DNA of 64,000 nucleotides from Octopus vulgaris (lineage: Eukaryota), in NCBI GenBank assembly GCA_951406725.2, contig OX597819.1, forward strand, positions 8,060,001 through 8,124,000. Direction: 5' to 3'. The position numbers and the translations under genes were made by a program. The notes under the pieces were generated by a model. It was not told the origin of the DNA. It searched no databases and was given only the letters and a program-made list of their open reading frames with translations. Position 1 is the stretch's first letter. The number at the start of each line of letters is the position of its first letter. Of the stretch, positions 43,270 to 57,149 are shown one piece after another.

Positions 43270-43930
43270 CTTTAGCAATATTCTTTGCAATAAATTTTAA
43301 CGGAGTTGGCAGTATTTCCGTGCTCTGTCCATATTCTCTCTTTGCTTTTGTTCAAACCGTATCAGATTCTAAGTTAGCTAAACTTACCCCATGGGACAAG
43401 TAGCCCAATCACATCATCCTCTATGACTTCTTCAAATCCTACATCATTTCCTTTTGCAATTTGTTGTAGACTTTCTGCTTGTGGAAAAGATGTAAAGTCA
43501 GGGATACAGTCTGTCCATATTTTTCTCAAGCACTATTCAGTGTTGAGGGTTTCGCTCCGTCTTTATACTCACCTGTATTACCCACAAAATCCATTATTTT
43601 GAACTTCTTCCAGAAGTCTCTGACTGTAGTCTCATCTTCCCTGTCAATTGCTTTCATGAGTTACTTGAAATCTCTCAGATTATGTGCCTTAAAGTAGGCT
43701 ATCTCACCTTGATACATTGACTGGAGCAAAGATGCTACATTCAATAGGATTCATTCTACACTCATATTATCAGAATGCTCATTCCAGCCCCATCAAAGGT
43801 TTTGTGTAATGTTTAAAAGGAACACTGTTATGCTGGAAATATTAAACCTGGATCTGAATCTTTCTGCAGCAGAGGATAAAATGCTCGCAAATCATTCTTG
43901 GAAAAGGCACTTAGCCATCCATGCTGTCAT
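43270..43930 (-). pseudogene. Tigger/pogo-type DDE transposase remnant
   Basis: Minus strand SLLQSMYQGEIAYFKAHNLR...DFWKKFKIMD...KPSTLNSA resembles the Tigger motif QPMDQGVI..FKAYYLR..FWK..I.D; stops and frameshifts present. Confidence 0.75.
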
Positions 43931-45524
43931 ATTGAAAACTGAAATCAGAGGTAAATTAAACCGTGCGTAACCTTAGAAAACTAGAAGCTTTAGTAGGTAT
44001 AGGTTTCAGAAAATTACAGTTTCATCAATATTGTATCGTTACTCTGATAGGTAGTCCACTTCGGCAATCATTTTCTTCAACTACGCAGGATAAGTGGTAG
44101 CATCCTTTGTATCAATATTAGTAATTTCACCGGTCATTTTAATATGAAAATTCAAGCGCTTCCTGAATTTTTCAAGTTAGCCTTTACTAGTTTATAAACA
44201 TTTTTGATTTCCTTTTCCTGGAAATAATCAGGCAATATTTATGACTTTTTTTTTCTTAATTACTATCATGATTATCGGCACAAGGCTCGAGTCTGATCCT
44301 TACTCGCTATCCACAAGAACCGCTTGAACGAGGGGAAAATAAGGCCGGATGAGTAAACGGAATAACTTTTGGAGCATTTGTCTCGGTTTTCTCTCTCTTG
44401 TCTTGTAGTTATCACAGTAGATCTTGCAAGCTTTGACGCTTTAGCAATGTGGCTATTTTTTTTTTTTTATCCCCCATCAAAACTTTTTAAAACGTTTACT
44501 ATCGCGTATAATTAATTTACGGTTTCTTTTGGCACTGCTGCTACTGGCTTCTTTACGGTTTTTTTTTGGCACTTCTGCTAAACCATCATTAGGTGGTTTC
44601 TTTCCAAACAACTTGAACTGTTGGTAAATCCAAGAAAACTTTTGTCGCATTTCTATGGCTGTAAGAATGGAAATGGGAATATGAAATGGTGACAGAGCGA
44701 GGTCGTAGGAAGTACTGTATGATTTCAGTTATTTGAAGGGTAACCACGTTCACGAACAGTTTATCCCTTGTACCTCTTAACTGAGTCATATTAACTCCTT
44801 ATTCGACTCATTCACACAAACACACAACATCATTTTGATGAAATTAATTCTATGTAACTAAAGATGCTTTAATGCTGACACTTTTATTGTTCTTGCCAAC
44901 TGCTTACTCAAAAGTTGGTGGGTTGGTGGAGTTGGTCGTATTGGTTTTGGTGTTGTCGATGGTGGTGCTGATGGTAGTAATGGTCGTGGTAGTGTTGGAG
45001 ATGGCAGTGACAGTATCGTTGATACTGTTTAGTCTCGATTCAATCTTAGATCAAAGATGTTTCGTTCATCTTTTACAAAACACTTGATTGCTAAAATATC
45101 TTATGTGACTGTCTTTTTATTTTAGATGGTGTTGCTTTTGTTCATACTATTGTTATTAAGAAGTTGATGCGTTGGTAATGGCGGATGTTGTGTTGGATTT
45201 CTTGTTGAAGCTGGTTGCGTTGACTACTGGTGGCAGTCAACGTTCATTGATATAGGCACACACACGCACACACACACACACGCGCGCGCGCACACACACA
45301 CACACACGCACGCACATACACACACACACACACACACGCACGCTCTATAGCCTGAGTGTAACGCTCTATAGCCTAGCACTACTGGGCTTATAGGCCCACA
45401 TAGACTATTATCGATGCTAGCTCCAGTATGCGGAGCTTTTAAGTGGTAGCACTTGCATCTGAAAGTTACTTGCAAAACATGTTTGTATGTATGTAAATTA
45501 TGATGTGGCTATTGTTCACAACAG

Positions 45525-46305
45525 AACATGTACAACATGTGGAAAGATGCGCCTTTCAGTTGGAGGATTGAAAAGGCATACAGGAAGATTTCATACTGTG
45601 ACACATGATCCTTGTGTCACCCAACACGGCTGTGCATTATGCAACAATGCGCCCCTAAATATGGTTTCTGATTACAAATATCTTGGGTCATACATATCAT
45701 CATCTGGAAAAGACTTTCTAACTAGAAAGGGTATGGCCTGGTCAGCCTGTAATGACATGCATAAGATCTGATCATCAAATCTAAGTAGAGACTTCAAACT
45801 TGAAATCTTCAAAGCCACAGTCGAACCAATTCTACTATATGGCTCAGAAACCTGGACGTTATCAAAGAAGCTTGAGAGGCGGTTGGATGGAACTTACACT
45901 CGCCTCCTTATGAGAGCTCAAAATCTCTCGTGGAAGTGCCATCCAACCAAAATGCAAATATATGGGAAACTACCACCTGTGTCATCTCTTGTAAAAGGTA
46001 AGAGAGTCCAGTTTGCTGGACATTGTTGTAGAGCTGAAAAAGAGGTAATTTCTACTCTTCTCCTCTGGAAGCCATCTACTCGCAATACCAGAGGGCGCAC
46101 ACTCTCCTACCCTGATGTAATCTCCAGGGATACAGGCATCCAGCAACAGGACCTCCGTAATGCCATGATGGACCGTTAAGTCTGGCGTAGCATGGTAAAT
46201 TCCATTGTCTCGACCACGGTCGAATAATGATGATGATGATTATGCAATAGAATGTGCGAATGTTTGGCCGGTCTCAAGAGCCATACAAAGGCCTCACATT
46301 GCATC
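45525..46305 (+). pseudogene. Pair of decayed C2H2-like fingers (probably the C-terminus of an older RTE-type element), split by a younger RTE
   Basis: CTTCGKMRLSVGGLKRH, then CALCN|RMCECLAGLKSH once the insertion is removed. Confidence 0.55.
45645..46240 (+). mobile_element. 5'-truncated RTE-clade LINE (late RT/thumb region to 3' tail)
   Basis: YKYLGSYI...ILLYGSETWTL...FAGHC..AMMDR*VWR with in-frame stops; (TGA)n tail; TTATGCAA duplication on both sides. Confidence 0.9.
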
Positions 46306-46400
46306 ATCAATGACTCTTTTCAATTATTCTTTCTAGCAATGGCTTTGCTCGTGTACGAGAAAGCAGGTTATGTGTTTGTGTGCGCATGTGTGAATATATC

Positions 46401-46448
<48 letters not shown>

Positions 46449-46772
46449 GAGAGAAATGGAAATAAACATATAAAACCGCTTGAGCTAGTGATATAAAATA
46501 AACATACATATCTACATGTAAATAGAAATTAAGCAAAGACTGAAAATATTCAGCCGAGGAACATTCATGTATAAATATATAGATATTTATATATTAACAG
46601 AGCAAACTTACATAGTGTACAAAAGCACAAAGAATTAAGGGGTGAAGGTGAAATATTGCAAGTCTGACAGCATTTTCTGGGGTCTCGGGATTACGTCATA
46701 ATGTTGACAGATGGAGTTCGCAAAATGTTGCATGATAATAGTATACGTAAGCCTCTAAAACGTGTGTGTTTG

Positions 46773-47155
46773 TGGAGGCGCAATGGCCCAGTGGTTAGGG
46801 CAGCGAACTCGCGGTCATAGAATCGCTGTTTCGATTCCCAGACCGGGCGTTATGAGTATTTATTGAGCGAAAACACCTAAAGCTCCACGAGGCTCCGGCA
46901 GGGGGTGGGGGTGATCCCTGCTGTACTCTTTCACCACAACTTTCTCTCACTCTTACTTCCTGTTTCTGTTGTACCTGTATTTCAAAGGGCCGGCCTTGTC
47001 ACTCTCTGTGTCACGCTGAATATCCCCGAGAACTACGTTAAGGGTACACGTGTCTGTGGAGTGCTCAGCCACTTACACGTTAATTTCACGAGCAGGGTGT
47101 TCCGTTGATTCGGATCAACCGGAACCCTCGTCGTCGTAACCGACGGAGTGCTTCC
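46773..47155 (+). mobile_element. SINE family A
   Basis: Full-length match. Confidence 0.93.
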
Positions 47156-47499
47156 ATCACACGTCTAATTTCATAAGCGTGTGTTGATAATGGTCACAAT
47201 GCGAAAATAACGTGACACGTACTTCAGATGCGATGTCCTCTCAAAAGGCTAACTTCCAATAGAAAAAAAACCCATCAATATAAAAAATAAATGCGAAATT
47301 ATAGGAGGACATTGAACAAATGATTTATGGAATGCTATATTGAACAATTACGTTTTCAGTACCTAACAACATTATATCTAGCATATCTACCATACAAGAG
47401 CAGAGTAAAAGTGGTATGTAAATTATAGGAAAACGCCGAAGAAGTGAGGTAAAATAACACAGGAAACATACTAGTAAATGTACGAAGATTTATATAATG

Positions 47500-47882
47500 G
47501 GAAGCACTCCGTCGGTTACGACGATGAGGGTTCCGGTTGAGCCGAATCAACGGAACAGCCTGCTCGTGAAATTAACGTGTAAGTGGCTGAGCACTCCACA
47601 GACACGTGTACCCTTAACGTAGTTCTCGGGGATATTCAGCGTGACACAGAGAGTGACAAGGCCGGCCCTTTGAAATACAGGTACAACAGAAACAGGAAGT
47701 AAGAGTGAGAGAAAGTTATGGTGGAAGAGTACAGCAGGGATCACCACCACCCCCTGCCGGAGCCTCGTGGAGCTTTAGGTGTTTTCGCTCAATAACCACT
47801 CACAACGCCCGGTCTGGGAATCGAAATCGCGATCCTATGACCGCGAGTCCGCTGCCCTAACCACTGGGCCATTGCGCCTCCA
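47500..47882 (-). mobile_element. SINE family A, inverted relative to the 46773 copy
   Basis: Full-length match; TSD atttatataat. Confidence 0.93.
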
Positions 47883-48559
47883 CATTTATATAATAAACCA
47901 TAACAAAAGCCTTAAAACTGAAATAGAGCAATTTATAGAAAAATACTCGATGAAAATATGACAAAACACTGACAACATGCACGACTAACCACGAATCAAT
48001 TCAAGAATAACAAGAGAACACACCTTTTGCTAAAAATACATATAAAACTCCACAGAAGAATGAAACATAACAGATACTAACAGGCATGCGATAATTAAGG
48101 CTTCATAATAGTGAAAATGCTACACAGTCCACTACACAAGAAACAAACGGGAGACATTGCAATAATTAAATAAATGTTATAATCCTTAAAACGTTGGCGT
48201 GTTATAACGCCCACTTCAGTATACAGAATACTTAGTAAAACCAATAAAGACACGACTAACGCTGACCGCCTACTACGTACTCCGGTACTTCACGTACTTC
48301 TTTTTACTCATGGTGACTAGGTTATTCTATTCCTCACGAAGGAGAGGTGTACCATTATTACTAATTCCCGACCACAATAAATAAATAAGGGTCATAGAAA
48401 GTGGCGCTAACATCCCGAAAGATGATGATCTTAGAAGTCTTCATAAAAGCACTGAGAAGACAGTCATCCCTAAACCCACACCTAACAACAACAAAAATAT
48501 CCCAACAGAGCGACCAGCATTAAACACTGAAAATGAGCCTAACAGACGCAAATGAAAAT

Positions 48560-48930
48560 AAAAAGAAAACAAAATCGATGAATATGGATCAAAGTGAACA
48601 CCTGCGTATGTGACGCATGAAGAGGCAGAGGTACGAAAGAATGAATAAATGTAACAGGTCCCTACAGGAAATGCTGCCCACTTCAATAAACTACGAGAAT
48701 ATCGACTGAGCGAATGAGCCGATCTGTTTAAGAGCAGTAGTGATAGTATCGAAGGAAATTGCACTTGAATAATATTGTCAGCCTCACTCCCTCCAGCCAA
48801 AACCCGAAAGAAAGTAATGGAAGGAAAGAAAATAGATTGTATTAATTTGCAATAAATAAATAAATAAAGGAATGATCCATTGTTACTTAACGAAACAGAA
48901 AATGAGGGTTTAACCTGAAACCTGAATAAA
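48560..48930 (+). pseudogene. Possible heavily decayed PLE GIY-YIG remnant
   Basis: Fragments such as EVRKNE, RKVMEGKKI and PLLLNETENEGL echo the GIY-YIG C-terminus; many stops. Confidence 0.3.
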
Positions 48931-48993
48931 AAAAAAACTATGTCAACATAAAAGATGCGACTCAATCTTTGGTCCATGTGTATACTGTTTACC

Positions 48994-49224
48994 TATTTCT
49001 TTACTACCCACAAGGGGCTAAACACAAAGGGAACAAACAAGGACAGACATAGGTATTAAGTCGATTACATCGACCCCAGTGCGTAACTGGTACTTAATTT
49101 ATCGACCCCGAAAGGATGAAAGGCAAAGTCGACCTCGGCGGAATTTGAACTCACAACGTAACGCAGACGAAATACCGCAAAGCATTTCGCCCGGCGTGCT
49201 AACGTTTCTGCCAGCTCGCCGCCT
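48994..49224 (-). mobile_element. SINE family C
   Basis: Family C match; TSD tgtatactgtttacc. Confidence 0.92.
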
Positions 49225-49895
49225 TTGTATACTGTTTACCGCCTGGTTAATATTGTTAATATTGGGATTTTTGCTCCTAGAAGCTTGCTGGTCTCATGTC
49301 CCCTTTGTTTGTCTCCTTCTCACATCATTTATGTTATATTCGCCGCCAAACCCCGCACCAGACAGTCGCTCCTCTCCAGAATATCATCCCTCAGAAATTC
49401 CCTTACTGTCTGTAAGTTTGTTGCACTCATGTCACCTGTCTCGAGTCTGCAAAGGCTGTGGACCATGGGAATAAGACTCACCAGGAAGCAACAAAAAAAA
49501 TCATGAAAAAAATTGAAGAATAAGAAATGCTGTAATCCGTGATAAACGCAACAGCAACTGTGGTAGCAAGAATAACGACAGCAACAACAACAGCAACATT
49601 GATTGTAATACTATATGAACAGAAATACGTATCAGTGTATAAATAACAGCAATAACCTTCAGTAACAACGATAACTATGTACATTATTGAAAGCACAACA
49701 ACAAGGCAGTATCTATGCTGTTGCTTGACCTGCTTGAAATGATAGCTTAGAATCTCCCTAGAATCGCAATCTACCTTCTTTAATAAACGCAAGAATACTT
49801 TGCATAATGTAGGCTCAAAGACATCATGTACGAAAGATACAAGATGGGATGTCATTAATCTACTTCATCACGGTTGACATGAGGTTATACAAAAA

Positions 49896-50126
49896 GGGCG
49901 GTGAGCTGGCAAGATCGTTAGCACGCCGGGCGAAATGTTTAGCGGTATTTCGTCTGACGTTACGTTCTGAGTTCGAATTCCCCCGAGGTCGACTTTGCCT
50001 TTCATCCTTTCGGGGTCGATTAAATGAGCACCAGTTACACACTGGGGTCGATATAATCGACTTAATCTGTTTGTCTGTCCTTGTTTGTCCCCTCTGTGTC
50101 TAGCCCCATGTGGGTAGTAAAGAAAT
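49896..50126 (+). mobile_element. SINE family C
   Basis: Family C match; TSD gttatacaaaaag. Confidence 0.9.
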
Positions 50127-50502
50127 AGATGTTATACAAAAAGAACAACAAAATAACAATATGAGCTCTGAAATATCAGACATACCTTCCTTAAATTTAT
50201 GATGAATAGGCGGTGGCACGCAATCGAAAATATACCGGCATTAACCACTTCGCCTGATCTTTTACGTTTTAGTTCTTGTCAAGCTATTCTGGAACAAATC
50301 TGCCTGTCTGGAGTGGATCATCTCGAAGGTGACTATTACAGCATCCTATGTCTTAGTGTGAACAAGATACCACTCAATACATCCAAAGTTGGTATTAGGG
50401 GTCAATGAGTTGCTTCTTACAGGCGCTGTCTATAACGATACATGACACAAAAGGACTCTCCAGTGTCTCTATACTCCGGACACACAACATATGCCAAAAG
50501 AG

Positions 50503-50824
50503 GAGCACTCCGTCGGTTACGACGACGAAAGTCCCAGCTGATACGATCAACGGAACAGCCTGCTCGTGAAATTAACGTGCAAATGACTGAGCATTCCACA
50601 GACACGTGTACCCTTAACGTAGTTCACAAGGGGATTCAGCATGACACAGAGTGTGACAAGGCCGGCCCTTTGAAATACAGGTACAACTCAATTTTGCCAG
50701 CTGAGTGGACTGGAGCAACGTAAATTAAAGTGTCATGCTCAAGGACACAACGCGTCGCCGGGAATCGAACTCACAACCTTACGATCATGAGCCGAATGCC
50801 CTAACCACTAAGCCACGCGCCCTC
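50503..50824 (-). mobile_element. SINE family D (different head, same 3' module as family A)
   Basis: Head GAGGCGCGTGGCTTAGTGGTTAGGGCATTCGGCTCATGATC; TSD catatgccaaa. Confidence 0.9.
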
Positions 50825-51359
50825 ACATATGCCAAACGACTATTCCGAAGACGGGATGAAAGCCAACTACATTCGTGAAAGTTAATTGTGAGCTGCCGAT
50901 CTTTTTCAACTGTTATACGTTGATCGAAAACAGATATGACTTAAATAGTGTATCAGATGAGCAGGATAGATGTACTTCGATTTACACACCAAACATTTTA
51001 TTTAATCGTTAGTCAAAATCTTCATTTTGCAAATTTATAGGTTTAAAATCACAAGAAGTCAATGTTTGGATCATATGCCGTGTAAATCTCCAAGTCTGAA
51101 AAAAGAGAGAAAGGATGAACAAGTGTGGCGTGAATAGAGTTTGTAGTGCATCCCACCCAGTCCCAGCGAATTACTCCTCAAGTAGCCTGGTATTTCAAGT
51201 AGCCTGGTATTTCTCATATCACTGATGCTGTTATATATTTATTGTGACCTCCTTAGTCACTATTCTCAGTCTACCGTTATTCACAATTTGCAATATGTAC
51301 GCATGGAATTAGATACAAGGCAGTAAATACTGTCCGTTGAAGATTATGTCACAGGTACC

Positions 51360-51591
51360 TATTTCTTTACTACCCACAAGGGGCTAAAAACAGAGAGGAC
51401 AAACAAGGACAGACAAACGGATTAAGTCGATTATATCGACCCCAGTGCGTAACTGGTACTTATTTAATCGACCCCGAAAGGATGAAAGGCAAAGTCGACC
51501 TTGGCGGAATTTGAACTCAGGACGTAACGGCAGACGAAATACTGCTAAGCATTTCGCCCGGCGTGCTAACGATTCTGCCAGCTCGCCACCT
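51360..51591 (-). mobile_element. SINE family C
   Basis: Family C match; TSD ttatgtcacaggtacc. Confidence 0.92.
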
Positions 51592-52071
51592 TATGTACCT
51601 TATGTCACAGGTACCTCGCCACGCGGAGTTTCTGTCATGCTCTCTCAACATATTGCATGCTGCGTGTAGAGCATGTGCATTAAATCGAACAACACGCTAG
51701 AATAAACAGCTAAGAACAATTTCTGCCTTTAGCTCGACGGTTGCAATACGATTCTCGTTAACTAATCCAAGTTATTGACCAATAGTCTTATCTAAGATTA
51801 GCGTACAAATGCATTTTATGCATCCAAATGTTTGAAAATGTGACTATTATATCCTAACCTACCTCAATGATCTGGTTGAGCCACTCCAATTTCTCTGAGT
51901 GAATTCAGAAAACATGTCGGATACTTGTTAGATTGTTAACATTGATTATATAGGTGTAAGAGGCTTTCACACTCTCCCCTACTACTGCCGATTCCTATAC
52001 AATCTCAACGTGAGTTAGAGATGGTATTTTCGTCCCCTAACTGAGCAACTCTATGGTGAGCTATACTCTCT

Positions 52072-52486
52072 CTCTTTTACTCTTTTACTTGTTTCAGTCA
52101 TTTGACTGCGGCCATGCTGGAGCACCGCCTTTAGTCGAGCAAATCGACCCCGGGACTTATTCTTTGTAAGCCCAGTACTTATTCTATCGGTCTCTTTTTT
52201 GCTGAACCGCTAGGTGACGGGGACGTAAACACACCAGCATTGGTTGTCAAGCTATGCTAGGGAGACAAACACAGACACACAAACACATACACACATACAT
52301 ATATATATATATACATATATGCGACAGGCTTCTTTCAGTTTCCGTCTACCAAATCCACTTTCAAGGCATTGGTCGGCCCGGGGCTATAGCAGAAGATACT
52401 TGCCCAAGATGCCACGCAGTGGGACTGGACCCGGAACCATGTGGTTGGTTAGCAAGCTACTTACCACACAGCCACTCCTGCGCCTA
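52072..52486 (-). mobile_element. SINE family B
   Basis: Full-length reverse-complement match. Confidence 0.92.
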
Positions 52487-52930
52487 TGAGGCAAATTTGG
52501 CAGCTATTTCACGTCAAGCCACACATTCAATGATATATGCTTGTGTGAGGATGTCTATGTATGTTGTGGACGTGTCTATGTATCTGGGTGTACGTATGTG
52601 TGTATGCGCGTCCGCGTTTCTCCCCGTGCGCGTGTGCATGCACACATATGAAAATAAGGAGGTCAGTTGGAATGATTTCTTTGCGTTTATCGTTCTGGCT
52701 CTCCACACTCTGATTTCGAATCCCGCCAGATCTAGGTTTGCATTTCAACCTTCGGAATGGAATCGCTAGCTTAAATCACCGGCCGCGTACCGCAGGCGAT
52801 TTCTTCTCTTTCTTCCAATTCTCTCTTTCTGTCTGTCACCCTTGACTTTATTAAGGACTTGAGAGCGGAAGGCAAAGCAACACATATAAAAACATGTCCT
52901 TACACGCACAGTTGCATACATACATACATG

Positions 52931-52999
<69 letters not shown>

Positions 53000-53087
53000 T
53001 TGATAGTTGTGAGCACCTGTATATACCATTAGTGGTGTAGGTGATAGAGTATATTAATCAAAATAAAAACATGATTCAAAGGATTTA

Positions 53088-53175
53088 GCGGTACATATGT
53101 TTCGGGCCTTTATTAGACAGTTTTATAACAATGCATAATTGATGTAAATGTGTGTCTATGGCCTTCTTCAGCCGC
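53088..53175 (-). ncRNA. Type I hammerhead ribozyme, same family as 35100-35191
   Basis: Minus strand GCGG-CUGAAGA-AGGCCAUAGAC...GUCUAAUAAAGGCCC-GAAA-CAUAUG-UA-CCGC; core, stem I and stem III identical to the other copy; stem II is GGCC/GGCC plus UAGAC/GUCUA. Confidence 0.82.
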
Positions 53176-53177
53176 GT

Positions 53178-53260
<83 letters not shown>

Positions 53261-53392
53261 ATTTATGTATGTACACACACACATTCGTTGATAAGACCGC
53301 TAGAGCGAAACTATAGATCGTTGAGAGTCATTAATACACATTCACATGCACACATAGACAAGCACTCACAAACACACACATATAATATATCA

Positions 53393-53478
<86 letters not shown>

Positions 53479-54129
53479 AGTGAATAAATAGATAGATGCG
53501 TATATATATATGTAGGTGCATATTTATATGGATGTATATATGCGTGTGTGTATGTACACACACACACACACACATAATATATATTAAGAGAGAGAAAGAG
53601 AGTGAAGAAGAGAGAGACGGGAGTATAAAAGGATTTTTCTCCTGTGTGAAAACGCCATTAGAAATGAATATATAAAAATGAGAATGTATACATTCTTACA
53701 CACAGCATTTATATGCACACGCATACAGACATACAGGTGCGCGCACTCGCTCTTTCTCATACACACACGTCACATACGTATAAAACACATGCAATCATCT
53801 TTCATTATCCTGATTCTGGTGACTGAGTGAGATTTTTTTTCTACCATGGAAAATATACTTTTCCGTTTTAAATTCAATTTTCTTCCTTTGTCTCCCTCGT
53901 TTTCCCCCTCATGCTTTTCGTCATCGCCATCATTCTCCCCTTCTTCCATCTCTCCTTCCTCTCCATCTCTCGCATCATCTTCATCATAACCTGTATGTGT
54001 GTGTGTGCACCAAAAACAACGCCACAATTATCGTCGCCACCAACATCTCCGCCCTCATCATGCGCGCACGATCGCCACTCTCATTACAATTAATATCCAC
54101 GACCAACCCCATTACATTCACGTCCAGAA

Positions 54130-54699
54130 CCTTCACTGTCATCACTGTCATCAAAATTATCATCATCATCATCAACATCATCATCGTCATTATCGTCGTC
54201 ATCATCATCATCATCGTCGTCGTCGTCACCACATCACCACCACCGCCGCCACCACCACCGCCGCCACCACCACCGCCACCACCACCACCACCACCACCAC
54301 CATCAGACCACCATCACCGCCACCACCACCATCAGACCACCATCACCGCCACCACCACCACCGCCACCACCACCACCACCACCACCACCACCACCACCCA
54401 CCACCCAGACCACCACCACCACCGCCACCACAACTGTCATCATCGTTATCGACTTGTTCAACGTCATCATTGCTTTCGTCGTCAATACTGTCATCAAAAT
54501 TATCATCATCATCATCACCATCATCATCACCATCATCATCAACATTATCATCATTGTCATTGTCGTCGTCATCATCATCATCATCGTCATCGTCGTCGTC
54601 TTCGTCATCATCATCATCATCATCATCATCATCAATATTATCATCGAGTCATCATCACCATCACCATCATCGTCGTCATCGTTGTCGTCGCCACAACCA

Positions 54700-54732
<33 letters not shown>

Positions 54733-54960
54733 CCGCCATCACCACCACCAACGCCACCACCACCGCCAACCACCACCACCACCACCACCACCGCCGCCGC
54801 CGCCACCACCACCACCACCTACACCATCACCACAACCACCACCACCACCGCCGCCGCCACCACCACCACCACCACTACCACAACTGTCATCATCGTTATC
54901 GACTTGTTCAACGTCATCATTGCTTTTCGTCGTCAAAACTGATCTCGTCATCACCATTAT
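54130..54960. repeat. (CAT/CGT/CAC/CGC)n low-complexity block with internal segmental repeats
   Basis: A unique ~60-mer (cacaactgtcatcatcgttatcgacttgttcaacgtcatcattgctttcgtcgtcaa) occurs at about 54428 and 54878. Confidence 0.9.
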
Positions 54961-55288
54961 AATATCTTTTCTTTCTTTACCCCTCTCTATTTGTCTTCCC
55001 TTTCTCTCTGTTTTCCCTCCATCCGTCTCTGTGTGTAGACCCTATGTCTCTCCCCCATCCCCGCATCACTTCTTTCTGCTGACCGAACACCGACAGATTT
55101 TACAGCTCCATGTATAGACGTCATTCACGGAATTATTATAACTGTTCCAGGCCCCTTACCTTATCAGACATCGAAAATGTTGCACGATTTACAAATATGT
55201 CCCATTTGGATTGTTTCGGCTGACATGACTCACTCGACGAGTTTCTCCTGCTTCAGAAACAGCAATGAATACATAATCATATACAATC

Positions 55289-55401
<113 letters not shown>

Positions 55402-55529
55402 CATATATATATATGTATGTGTGTGTGTGTATGTATATAGAATATGATATAATATAATATAGTTCGATATATATATATATACACATACTTACATAATACG
55501 TTCATGAATACATAATATCGTACATACAT

Positions 55530-55583
<54 letters not shown>

Positions 55584-55655
55584 GTGTGTGTGTGTGTGTG
55601 TATGTATATAGAATATGTATGTATGTATGTATGTATGTATATAGAATATAGTTCG

Positions 55656-55694
<39 letters not shown>

Positions 55695-56243
55695 CATAAT
55701 ACGTTCATGAATACGTAATATCATACATACATGTTTATATATATAATATATATATATATACGTATTATATCATACATAATTATATATTATACACATACGT
55801 GTATATATGTATATTATAGGCATATACACGCGCACACACACACACATATATATATATGTATGTATAAAATTATGTATTCATATACGTATTATATATGAGT
55901 AGGCGTGCGTGTGTGTGTGTGTGTCTGTGCATCTATAAGTATTCAGGCACACGTTTAAGCGAACACATATACGTGCGCTCATGCATACAAGGACATGTAA
56001 CCCAATTGGCTCATATATATTTGAACACAATCATATATACGCATAATTTTGTTACCGATCTTTATGATAGACATTTGTGTATAATATATGTTGTTTGGCG
56101 CAGTGTGTACATGTGTGTGCAAACAATCGTTGTGATCTTCCGTAGACAGCTGATGAAGGAAATATCCCGCAGAGCAAGCGTTTGTAAAACATAGCATGAA
56201 TAAATTCCATGCTAGCAAATACGGATGTATTCTTATATATATA

Positions 56244-56248
<5 letters not shown>

Positions 56249-56274
<26 letters not shown>

Positions 56275-56663
56275 GTAAGTACATACATACATGCATACAT
56301 ACATACATACATACATACATACATACGTACATACATACATACATACGTACATACATACATACATACGTACGTACATACATACATACATACATACATACAT
56401 ACATACATACATACATACATACATACATACGTACGTACATACATACATACATACATACATACATACATACATACATACATACATACATACATACATACAT
56501 ACATACGTACGTACATACATACATACATACATACATACATACATACATACATTCATACATACATACATACATACATACATACATACATACATACATACGT
56601 ACATACATACATACATACGTACATACATACATACGTACGTACGTACATACATACATACATACA
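56249..56663. repeat. ~415 bp (ACAT)n with ACGT variants
   Basis: Direct reading. Confidence 0.97.
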
Positions 56664-56682
56664 TGCAAACTCATTACCATAG

Positions 56683-57064
56683 CCGCAGGAGTGGCTGTGT
56701 GGTAAGTAGCTTGCTTACCAACCACATGGTTCCGGGTTCAGTCCCACTGCGTGGCACCTTGGGCAAGTGTCTTCTGCTATAGCCCCGGGCCAACCAATGC
56801 CTTGTGAGTGGATTTGGTAGACGGAAACTGAAAGAAGCCTGTCGTATATATGTATATATAAATATATATGTATGTGTGTGTATGTGTTTGTGTGTCTGTG
56901 TTTGTCCCCGTCACTTAGCGGTTCGGCAAAAGAGACCGATAGAAGAAGTACTGGGCTTACAAAGAATAAGACCTGGGGTCGATTTGCTCGACTAAAGGCG
57001 ATGCTCCAGCATGGCTGCAGTATCAAAATGACTGAAACAAGTAAAAGAGTATAAGAGTAAAAGA

Positions 57065-57065
<1 letters not shown>
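56683..57065 (+). mobile_element. SINE family B with an internal deletion
   Basis: Family B match; the segment between two GTCCCC motifs is missing. Confidence 0.9.

Positions 57066-57149
<84 letters not shown>

Noticed and set aside
53997-55117. 321-aa and 372-aa Pro/His/Thr-rich ORFs
   Set aside because: All plus frames are open because the triplet repeats lack stops; no domain or splice evidence.
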